Below, one piece after another: positions 1-8,046 of a stretch of DNA of 64,000 bases (within the stretch, counting starts at the first letter, position 1; every line of letters begins with the position of its first letter). The translations under genes were made by a program, and so were the position numbers. Location: contig JBJKRJ010000048.1 in NCBI GenBank assembly GCA_046704665.1, forward strand, positions 28,829-92,828, written 5' to 3'. The notes under the pieces are model-generated. The model worked only from the letters and a program-made list of their open reading frames with translations, had not been told where the DNA came from and searched no databases. The DNA is from Thermoplasmata archaeon (GTDB lineage: Archaea > Thermoplasmatota > Thermoplasmata > Lutacidiplasmatales > UBA184).

Positions 1-884
1 TGGGGGTCAAGCCCCGGCTCCAGGTCGCCGGTCCTCGCGATCACCCGAAGTCGGCGCCCGCCTCTCCGGGGATCCCCACCGAGGTCAGCGAGCGGACCCT
101 GATCGCGCCGTTCAATGACCTCGAAGCGACGCGGAAGATCGCGCGCGAGCACGGAGACGACCTCGCCGCGATCATCGCCGAACCGATCCCGATGAACATG
201 GGATTCATCCTCCCCGAGGAGGGATTCTTCCCGGGGCTCCGGGAGCTCGCGGACGAGCTCGGCGCCCTCCTCATCTTCGACGAGATCAAGACCGGTGCGA
301 AGTACCCCCGGGGAGGAGCCGGTCGCGTCGGGGTCCGTCCGGACCTCCTCACCCTGGGGAAGTCGATCGCCTGCGGGGTACCGATGGCAGCGATCGCCGC
401 GGGCCCCGGGGTCCTGGACGAGGTGGGACCGCGCAAGGTGGCCCATGCGGGGACCTATAACTCGAACCCTCTCGCGATGGTCGCCTGCCTTGCGTCGCTC
501 GACCACATCCTGACGGAGGAGGGGCTCGATCGGTCGGCGCGGCTCAACGCCCGGCTCGCGAAGGGCTACGCCGAGATCTTCGACGACGCGGGTGTGACCG
601 CGCACGTCGCGGCGGACGGGCCCTCGGGGACGGTCTTCTTCTCGGACCACCCGGTCCGGAACTGGAGGGAGTTCCTGACGGTCGACGGCGACCGCTCGAT
701 GCTCTACTACTATCTCTGCCTGAACCGGGGGCTCATCCCGTCCGGGACCGGACCCGACGAGCAGTGGACGATCTCGGTCCAGCACACCGACGCCGACGTC
801 GATCGCCATCTCGAGATCCTGGGGGCGGTCGCAGAACGTCTGGCCGGCACCCCCCAGGCCGGCGAGATCGAGGAGTCGGTCTAA
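1..884 (+). CDS. Class-III (PLP) aminotransferase, glutamate-1-semialdehyde aminomutase-like paralog; 5' end lies outside the window.
   Basis: The reading frame is open from base 3. The translation (..LIAPFNDLEATRKIAREHGDDLAAIIAEPI..FDEIKTGAKYPRGGAGRVGVRPDLLTLGKSIACGVP..GTYNSNPLAMVACLA) matches the C-terminal half of the GSA-aminomutase/class-III aminotransferase family. Stop codon TAA at 882-884. Confidence 0.8.
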   Translation, partial: GVKPRLQVAGPRDHPKSAPASPGIPTEVSERTLIAPFNDLEATRKIAREHGDDLAAIIAEPIPMNMGFILPEEGFFPGLRELADELGALLIFDEIKTGAKYPRGGAGRVGVRPDLLTLGKSIACGVPMAAIAAGPGVLDEVGPRKVAHAGTYNSNPLAMVACLASLDHILTEEGLDRSARLNARLAKGYAEIFDDAGVTAHVAADGPSGTVFFSDHPVRNWREFLTVDGDRSMLYYYLCLNRGLIPSGTGPDEQWTISVQHTDADVDRHLEILGAVAERLAGTPQAGEIEESV

Positions 885-939
885 CGCGACCACGCGACCT
901 CGTCCCCCTACAGGGCCGTTCCCCGTGGGACGGGGTGAC

Positions 940-2343
940 CTATGGAGGACGCGCGCTCGGGCCCGTCGCGGACGCCCGCGCGATCGCGAGGATCTCGCGC
1001 GCCGCCCTCTCCCCCGTCTCGATCGCGCCGTGGATCGTCGCGGAGGCACCCTCAGCGTGGGTCGCCTCCCCGGCAAAGAACAATCGCGCGTCGATCGGGG
1101 CGGCCAGGGCCCGTCGCGTGTCGAGACCGACCCCGGGCGGAAAGAACGAGTACGCGCCCTGGACCCAGGGGTCGACCGGCCACCGGTGGACGACCTGGTC
1201 GACGACGTCTCCGAGAGTGACACCGGCCGGCATGATGGACTCCCACTCGGCGCGAGTCGCCTCGACGAGGTCTCGTGGGTCGAGTCGGCTCCGTCGTCGT
1301 GCCTCCTGACCGGTCGTGAACGCCGATACGACGGCATCCCCGTTCGCGAGCGGGGCGGCGAGTCGCTTGAACGAGGTTGACGTGTCACCCCAGAGATTCC
1401 CGAACTCCCCGAGACGACGGACCGCCGAGCCTCCCCGGACCCGCAGGTGAAGGACGAACGCGTTCCCGAAGCCGAGCCGTTCGATCGCCGTGCGTTTCGC
1501 CGCCGGCAACGGCGGATCGAAGTCGATCGCGCCCGCTTTCAGGACACCGAGGGGGACCGTCACGATGCCGTAGCGGGAGCGGAACTCTTCCTCGGCGGGA
1601 CCGTTCTCGCCACGGGGTCGTGCGAGGATCCGGACCCCGTCCGCCTCTCTCACCACACGCACGACCGGGGTGCCCGTCCGCACCCGGTCCCCGAGCTCGG
1701 AGGCGACCGAACGGACGAGGGCGCCGTACCCTTCGTCCAGTTGGAAGTTCCGAAAGCCGAACGGTTCGGTCGCCAGTCGCTCCTCTTCGGCCGGACCGAG
1801 GACCCCGATCTCGTCCGGGTCGGCCGAATAGGTGTGCGCGTGGAACAGGTGGACGAGAGAGCGGCTCGCGTCGGTCGTTGGCCGTTCGGACAGGAAGGCG
1901 CGGAGCGACCGATCCGGCCCGGGATCCTTGGCCATCGCCTCGGGGATCGTCCGTAGCCCGGCCCAGGTGGCGCGCAAGCCGATCACGGGATGGAACGGGA
2001 ACGCGAACCAGGGGTACCGGCCGACCCGTCGGTGGATGAGGAGCCGGCTCCGCTGGTTGAGCGGGAGGGGCGAGACCCCGAGACCGGCTCGACGCGCCCA
2101 GTCGTGGGTGACGACATGGCGACCATGGATCATCATCGATCCGAGCTCGAGCGGACGGCCATCGGCGAGCCGGTAGTCGCTGAACGCGCGCCCCCCGAGC
2201 CGGTCCGCGGCCTCGAGCACGAGGACCCGGAGGCCCGCCGCGACCAGCCGCCGCGCGGCGGCAAGGCCCGCGAACCCTGCCCCCACCACGATCACGTCGA
2301 GGGGTCCGCGGGGTCCGGGAGCCGGAACCGACGCCAACTGCAT
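940..2343 (-). CDS. Flavin-containing amine oxidase family protein (polyamine/monoamine oxidase-like).
   Basis: 467-aa ORF. N-terminal FAD-binding motif DVIVVGAGFAGLAAARRL..VLEAADRLGGR. C-terminal amine-oxidase signature FFAGEATHAEGASATIHGAIETG. Confidence 0.8.
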   Translation of the reverse strand: MQLASVPAPGPRGPLDVIVVGAGFAGLAAARRLVAAGLRVLVLEAADRLGGRAFSDYRLADGRPLELGSMMIHGRHVVTHDWARRAGLGVSPLPLNQRSRLLIHRRVGRYPWFAFPFHPVIGLRATWAGLRTIPEAMAKDPGPDRSLRAFLSERPTTDASRSLVHLFHAHTYSADPDEIGVLGPAEEERLATEPFGFRNFQLDEGYGALVRSVASELGDRVRTGTPVVRVVREADGVRILARPRGENGPAEEEFRSRYGIVTVPLGVLKAGAIDFDPPLPAAKRTAIERLGFGNAFVLHLRVRGGSAVRRLGEFGNLWGDTSTSFKRLAAPLANGDAVVSAFTTGQEARRRSRLDPRDLVEATRAEWESIMPAGVTLGDVVDQVVHRWPVDPWVQGAYSFFPPGVGLDTRRALAAPIDARLFFAGEATHAEGASATIHGAIETGERAAREILAIARASATGPSARPP

Positions 2344-2622
2344 TCCCTTCCCTGCGTCCGGTCCCCCCGACCCCGGCCCGACGGCCCCGGGGGCGGCGCC
2401 GGGCGTCGACCCCTCTCTCGCGCGATCCTCGGTCCGAGATGGGCCGAACGGTCCCGTTCCCGGGGCCCCCGGCGGGGCTCACTCCAGCGGACGAGCCGTC
2501 CTGGGCCGGCAGCGAGGGGGATCGGACCTTCCCCATGGAATCTTCGTAACGGTTAAAAGGGACGGGGACGGCGTGCGGGTTCGGGGGATGTTCCCCCCGC
2601 TTCCGCCCACGAGGGGGGGTCG

Positions 2623-3870
2623 ATGCCCCCTACCGGCCGTTCCCTGGCGCAATCCCTAAGAGGACCTCCCCTCTCGTTTCGGACGGAGCCGGATAGCATT
2701 CCTCGCGCGCACAAGGAAGTGCTTCTGATCGGGTGCGGTGCGATCGGCACCGTCGCGGCCCTACACCTCGTGAACCACCCCGTCGTGAACCGTCTGACGG
2801 TCACCGACGTCGACGCGCGGTCGGCCCGCGGAGTGGCGGAGCGTCTCGGGCCGAACCCCAAGGTCCGGACCCAGGCGCTCGACGCGACCGACGCGAAGGC
2901 GCTCGAACGGGCCATGAAGACGGTCTCCGTGGTCATTCAGGCCTCGGTCCCCGGCAACAATGCCCGTGTGCAGGCGGCCTGCCTCGCGACCGACACCGAT
3001 TACATCGACCTCGCCGCGGACTCGAGCGACCCGTACGTCGCGTCGAGCGAGTGGGAGCAGCAGGGCCGGATCGCGATCATCGGCATGGGAGAGGACCCCG
3101 GGCTCTCGAACCTCATGGCCCGCCACTCCGCCGACCGTCTCGATCGCGTCGACTCGATCCGGGTCCGGGACGGGGACAGCGCCTCGAGCCCCGACAGCGT
3201 CTTCCTGCCGCTCTTCAGCCCCGAGACGTTCATCGAAGAGACGCTCAACAGCTCCCGCATCTGGGAGAACGGGAAGTATCGCGAGGTCCCTCCGTTCGGG
3301 GAGGCCGAGGTCTACGACTTTCCGGCGCCGGTCGGACCCCAGAAGGTCTACTCGGTCGACCACGAGGAGGTTGACAGCTTTCCCCGGTACATCGGCAAGA
3401 GCGTCCGGTACGTCGATTTCAAGCTCGCGATCGACGACACCAGCGTGCGGGTCCTCGAGATGCTGCGGGACCTGCGGCTCCTGGAGCGCGGATCGCCCGA
3501 AGCCCCCGGGCCCCGGGAAGCGATCCTGCGCGCTCTCCCCAAGCCGGGCGACTTCGCCGGACGGATCCGGGGCGCTTCGATCCTGGCGGTCGAGACATCG
3601 GGAGAGAAGGACGGCCGGACGCGGCGCGAGACCCTGTACACGACCTTCGGCCACCGCCGGGCGAACGAGATCCACCGGGTGACCGCCACCTCCTACCTTT
3701 CCGGGACCCCGCCTGCCATCGCGGCGATCCAGATCCTGGAGGGGACCATCCGGACGCCGGGCATGCACCCCCCGGAGTCCCTCGACCCGGCCCCGTTCTT
3801 CCGCATGCTACGGCAGCGGGAGATCACGGTCCGGTCCCGAGTGACCGTCGAGCAAGAGGTAGGTCGCTGA
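2623..3870 (+). CDS. Saccharopine-dehydrogenase-like NAD(P)-binding oxidoreductase.
   Basis: 415-aa ORF with a Rossmann motif (VLLIGCGAIGTVAALHL) and overall saccharopine dehydrogenase / carboxynorspermidine dehydrogenase family architecture. The exact start is uncertain; homology begins near KEVLLIG. Confidence 0.7.
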   Translation: MPPTGRSLAQSLRGPPLSFRTEPDSIPRAHKEVLLIGCGAIGTVAALHLVNHPVVNRLTVTDVDARSARGVAERLGPNPKVRTQALDATDAKALERAMKTVSVVIQASVPGNNARVQAACLATDTDYIDLAADSSDPYVASSEWEQQGRIAIIGMGEDPGLSNLMARHSADRLDRVDSIRVRDGDSASSPDSVFLPLFSPETFIEETLNSSRIWENGKYREVPPFGEAEVYDFPAPVGPQKVYSVDHEEVDSFPRYIGKSVRYVDFKLAIDDTSVRVLEMLRDLRLLERGSPEAPGPREAILRALPKPGDFAGRIRGASILAVETSGEKDGRTRRETLYTTFGHRRANEIHRVTATSYLSGTPPAIAAIQILEGTIRTPGMHPPESLDPAPFFRMLRQREITVRSRVTVEQEVGR

Positions 3871-4576
3871 CATCGGGGAGAAACGCCCTCCCCGGCCGGA
3901 GGGCCCCCCGGTCGCCACTCCCGTCCAGACTTCTAAGGGTCAAAGGGCCGGAGAACAGGCCCTCGCCCGGTCCGCTCGCCGAATAGGTTGGCCGGGGGTC
4001 GTTCGCGCGGAATCGCGGACCCTCCGGCGCGGGCTCCGACCGGGCTCATCCAGCGGTCGGGTCACGGGGCGCCTCGCGTGCCCTCTCCCCGGAGCGACCC
4101 CACCCCCGCCGGAACCACTTCCACCCCGAGCGGTTCCCTACCTTCGATCGGTGGGACGCACGGGTCTGGGCAGCGACCCAGGCCGGGTCCTCGCGCGGGA
4201 ACTCGCAGGCGGCGAACTCCCTAACGCCGGGTCCCCCGAGGAGAGAGTCCGCGGCGCGGCGTGCACGTAGAATCGGATCGGCCGACATACTCTCCCTCCT
4301 CGGTCATGATGACCTACCGATTCGACCCTCGGGGGCTATATAAGCGAGGCGTCCCGCGGGAAGCTGGATATAGTCGAAATCTCCAGTGGAAATGGGGGGG
4401 TCTGGCCCCGAAATGCCACCCCCTGTCACGCTCTAGCATGGCCGCGTGGGTCCCCGGGGGGGTCCGATCGCTCCGGGGGCCGCTCGACCCCCGGGGCCGG
4501 GGGTCCGGGTCCGGAAGTGGGTGGGCCGGGTTGTCACCGCTATCTGCTCGTACCGCTCTCGCGTGCTGCGATTCGA

Positions 4577-5071
4577 ATGTCCACGGAACCGTCCCTTTCC
4601 CCACTGCCTCCGCCCCACACACGGCTCGGCGTAGGGGGGGTCCTCGTGCGGGACGGACGGGTGCTGGTCAACCGGGCGGTCTATCGGAACCGCTTCACGA
4701 TCCCGAGCGGATACGTCGAGCCCGGGGAGACCCTGGAACGGGCCGTGGTCCGGGAGTTCGAGGAAGAGACGGGCGTGACGACGGAGGTCGGACGGCTGAT
4801 CATGACCCGTCACAAGGTCCTCCGGGCCGATGCGAGCGACGTCTACTTCGCGTTCGCCGTCACGCACGTCGCCGGGGAGCCGACCGCGCGACCCCCCGAG
4901 ATCGCCGAGATCCGGGAGGTCCCGCTCGCGGAGGTGGCGGACGCCACGTGGATCTCCGAGCTCTCCCGACTCACGATCGCCCTCGCGACCCAGAGCGATC
5001 GCGGCTGGTCTCGGTCCCTTTGGAACGGAGGCGAGGTCCCCGGCCTCGCGACCGAGGCGTACGCGCCGTAG
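4577..5071 (+). CDS. NUDIX hydrolase.
   Basis: Nudix box GYVEPGETLERAVVREFEEETGV. ATG at 4577 (MSTEPSL..) is chosen as the start. The ORF track begins at 4517, but that upstream stretch is a G/P-rich extension. Confidence 0.7.
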   Translation: MSTEPSLSPLPPPHTRLGVGGVLVRDGRVLVNRAVYRNRFTIPSGYVEPGETLERAVVREFEEETGVTTEVGRLIMTRHKVLRADASDVYFAFAVTHVAGEPTARPPEIAEIREVPLAEVADATWISELSRLTIALATQSDRGWSRSLWNGGEVPGLATEAYAP

Positions 5072-5086
5072 GGTCCGACCGACGGT

Positions 5087-6454
5087 TCAGGTCGCGGCTG
5101 GGTAGAGCTTTCCCGGATTGAGGATCCCGTCCGGGTCGAAGAGGGCTTTCATCGCCCGCAGCAGGCGTACCCCCTCGGCCCCGTGCTCGAGGGCAAGGTA
5201 CGGCGCCTTCAGGGCGCCGATCCCGTGCTCGGAGCTTACGGTTCCCCCCAGGCGCCGAGCCGCGAGGTAGAGGTCCCGTCGGACCGACCGCGCGGTCTCG
5301 GAGGTCGGGTCGACGAGGTACTGGGGATGCAGCGAACCGTCCCCGAGGTGGCCGTAGAGGTACACGTCCGCCGCGTAGCGTCGCCCGATCGTCTCCACCT
5401 CGCGGAGAAGCTCGTCGAGGCGGGAACAGGGGACCGCGATGTCCTCCCGGACCCGGGGGCCGAAGCGCCGGTCGAGGACCTCGCCGCTCTGGCCCCGCAG
5501 GGTCCACAGCTCATCCGCGTCAGGGTAGACCCGGACATCCTCTCCGAGGCCCGCGACGCGCACGCGATCGAAGAGCCGCTCGAGGGCCCGCTCTTCTCCC
5601 TCCGCGTCGCTCTCCAGCTCGAGGAGCAGGAGCGGCGTTCCGGACGGTAGGCGCGATCCCGCTTCCGAGGCCAGCGCTTCCGCGGTGGTCCGATCGATGT
5701 ACTCCACGGCCGAAAGGGCGGGTGCCGGAGATTCGAGGAGGCGGAGGAGCGCCGTCCCGAGCTCCCGGTCGCGGGCGATCGGGACGACGAGCCCGACGCG
5801 GCGCTCGGGCACGGGGGCGAGCCCAAGGGTGAGGTCCGTGAAGAACCCCAGCGTCCCCTCGCTGCCGACGAGGAATCCGAGGAGGTCGGGCCCGGTCGAG
5901 CTCTTGCGGGCGCGATGTCCCAGGCGAAGGACCTCGCCCGACCCGAGGACGACCTCGAGCCCTCGCACCCAGGCCCGCGTCGGCCCATAGCGGAACGACC
6001 GGGGTCCCGAGGCGTTCGTGGCGACGTTCCCGCCGAGCGTCGAGGTGGTCCACGACCCCGGGTTCGGGGGGAAGAACAGCCGGTGCCGGGCGAGCTCGCG
6101 GTTCAGTTCCCGGTTGATGATCCCGGGCCCCACGCGGACGAGCCGGTCCGTCGTGTCGAGCTCCTCGACGGCGTTCCAGGCCTGGAAGTCGAGGACGAGG
6201 GCCCCCGGGGGCGGGACGGACTCCCCTTCCATCGAGGTCCCGCCTCCCCGGCCGACCAGAGGGACCTTCCAGCGCCGGGCCCAACGCACCACGCGCTCGA
6301 CGTCCTCCCGGTCCCGGGGAGCGAGCGCGGCGCCGGGTTCGCCCGAGAGGGGCGAGGCGTCCCGGGCGAACCGCTCGAGCGCGGAGGGGTCGACGGTGAG
6401 CGCGCCGTGCACCTCGATCTCTAGCGCCCGGAGCGCCTCGGGACGGATCGGCAT
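5087..6454 (-). CDS. FAD-linked oxidase of the GlcD / D-lactate dehydrogenase family.
   Basis: 455-aa ORF with FAD-binding PCMH-type domain motifs (VPLVGRGGGTSMEGESVPP..) and the C-terminal FAD-oxidase domain. Confidence 0.8.
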   Translation of the reverse strand: MPIRPEALRALEIEVHGALTVDPSALERFARDASPLSGEPGAALAPRDREDVERVVRWARRWKVPLVGRGGGTSMEGESVPPPGALVLDFQAWNAVEELDTTDRLVRVGPGIINRELNRELARHRLFFPPNPGSWTTSTLGGNVATNASGPRSFRYGPTRAWVRGLEVVLGSGEVLRLGHRARKSSTGPDLLGFLVGSEGTLGFFTDLTLGLAPVPERRVGLVVPIARDRELGTALLRLLESPAPALSAVEYIDRTTAEALASEAGSRLPSGTPLLLLELESDAEGEERALERLFDRVRVAGLGEDVRVYPDADELWTLRGQSGEVLDRRFGPRVREDIAVPCSRLDELLREVETIGRRYAADVYLYGHLGDGSLHPQYLVDPTSETARSVRRDLYLAARRLGGTVSSEHGIGALKAPYLALEHGAEGVRLLRAMKALFDPDGILNPGKLYPAAT

Positions 6455-6581
6455 CGGGCCCGGGCAGAAAGCGCGCAGAGAAGAAGGGAGAGGGGCGTCT
6501 CACCGTTAGGGCCGGCCCCGCGCGAGCCGCGGGCCGAGTTCGGTCGACGCCCGGTCGTTCCGATCTCCGTCCGTGGTTCCC

Positions 6582-7943
6582 CTACCTCGTCTCGCCCTCA
6601 CCGTTCGGGGGAGGCCGACCCTCGTGGACCTCGGCGAACGTTTCTGTGTCGCTCGAGAGGAACTGGGTCGAAAGAGCATGGGAAGCCCCGGTGTCGGCCG
6701 CCGGTGCCGGGGTCTCCGCCGCGGCCCGGAGCCGCTCACCGTGCCACCCGAAGAAACGGGAATAGAGGTAGGCGTTGACCGCGAGGGCGAACGCGTAGCC
6801 GAGGAACGGGACCGGGACCGCGACGTCCTCGAGTGCGAATCCTCCGAGCGCCGTCGCGCCGCCCGCCGCCCCGACGCGGGCCGCCTGGTTCGTTCCCGCC
6901 CCCTCCGAACGGTCCGAGTGAGGCAGGAGCCGCATCAGCGCCGACTGCTGGGCGGGTATCGCCGCCACGCGGAACGCCGGGAGGGCGACGTACATCGCGA
7001 GCGCCGGTACGAGCGGGACGAACGGCATCAGGGCCGCGAGCCCGGCTGCCACGCCCCGGGTCCCGACGATCGACATCACCCAACCCCACCGCGCCTCGAG
7101 ATAGGGGGCGGCCAGCACCGAGAACGTCCCGAGTAGGCTGCTCGCGGTCGTGTAGATGGCCATGTGGGACCGTGCGATGTCGAAAAAGAGGACGAAGAAC
7201 GGGATCAGGAACGGCGTCAGGAGACCCTGGGAGAAGCCGTTCAGAACGCCGGTCGCCGCGAACCGCCGGATGACGCCGCGGCTGCGCGTCGAGGGGCGTC
7301 GCCCACGGGCGACCGAGCGTACCGGTACCGCGATCGCCACGAAGAACGAGGCCGCGCTCAGGACGAACGCCATCACGAACAGTTGGGCGAGGCTGCCGAA
7401 TCCCGCACTGAACGCCCCGAGCGCGGCCGAGACCCCGACCGTGAACGTGAACAGGCTGAACCATCGGGTCCGGGCCGACGCGACGGTGAAGTCGCTCAGG
7501 ATCGCCGTCTGCAGCGGCATCTCGATCCCGCCGACCCCTCCGCTCGCGAGCGAGCCGGTCGCGCTGAACCCTCCGAGCAGGCTCGCGATGGCCGCGAGCG
7601 GAAGGCTGGGGGGGAGGAGGAGAACGAGGCAGGCGATCGGCAGCAGCGCGAGGCTCGCGAGGTACGCGGTGCGCATCGCCGACCGGCTCCCGAACCGGCC
7701 GAAGCTGTAGGCGAGGAGGGCTGTGGAGAGCGCTCCCCCGGCGTAGATCGCCCCGAGCAGGAACGCCCCGGTGTGAAGGTCCTTGAGCACGAGGTACGGG
7801 AACCCGATCGTCAGGATGCCGGCGGCGACCCCCCGGAGGATCCGGGTCGCGAGCAGGAGCCACGCACCCCGACGGGCCGCGGCCGGCGTGATCCAGGACG
7901 GCCGGTCGGATCCCACCGGGCTCCCGCCACCCGCAGAGGACAC
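6582..7943 (-). CDS. MFS transporter.
   Basis: 453-aa ORF with about 12 predicted hydrophobic helices and MFS-like loop motifs. Its opposite-strand ORFs are R/P-rich artefacts. Confidence 0.7.
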   Translation of the reverse strand: MSSAGGGSPVGSDRPSWITPAAARRGAWLLLATRILRGVAAGILTIGFPYLVLKDLHTGAFLLGAIYAGGALSTALLAYSFGRFGSRSAMRTAYLASLALLPIACLVLLLPPSLPLAAIASLLGGFSATGSLASGGVGGIEMPLQTAILSDFTVASARTRWFSLFTFTVGVSAALGAFSAGFGSLAQLFVMAFVLSAASFFVAIAVPVRSVARGRRPSTRSRGVIRRFAATGVLNGFSQGLLTPFLIPFFVLFFDIARSHMAIYTTASSLLGTFSVLAAPYLEARWGWVMSIVGTRGVAAGLAALMPFVPLVPALAMYVALPAFRVAAIPAQQSALMRLLPHSDRSEGAGTNQAARVGAAGGATALGGFALEDVAVPVPFLGYAFALAVNAYLYSRFFGWHGERLRAAAETPAPAADTGASHALSTQFLSSDTETFAEVHEGRPPPNGEGETR

Positions 7944-8046
7944 GGCGGAGGGAGAAGGGTGGGTCTCCTAAGGGCTCGGGGTCGAGACGGCGTACGCTCG
8001 ACCGTACGTCCCGTAGACCACGACCCCGGCCGGTCCGACGCCGATC

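Noticed and set aside
1385-2536. 383-aa minus-strand ORF and several 100-220-aa plus-strand ORFs overlapping the amine-oxidase gene.
   Set aside because: They are extremely Arg/Pro/Gly-rich and lie in alternative frames of a clearly homologous enzyme gene. This is typical of antisense or frame artefacts in 70% GC DNA.
3871-4576. Search for RNase P RNA or a full SRP RNA in the long intergenic region.
   Set aside because: None of the universal RNase P blocks (AGGAAAGUCC, GGUAAGAGCGCACC, ACAGAANCCGGCUUA) are present. Only a partial SRP-like GGUCCGGAAG was seen. It is retained as a finding of a possible ncRNA but not annotated as a known RNA.
4555-4580. GCGATTCGAATGTCC, resembling a tRNA T-loop.
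   Set aside because: No complementary T-stem, acceptor stem or D-arm can be formed around it. It overlaps the NUDIX start region.
5236-6509. ORFs 5236..5988(-), 5520..6503(-), 5915..6424(+) and 6018..6509(+) overlapping the FAD-oxidase gene.
   Set aside because: They have R/P/S-rich low-complexity translations and no domain signatures. The FAD-oxidase frame carries the family motifs.
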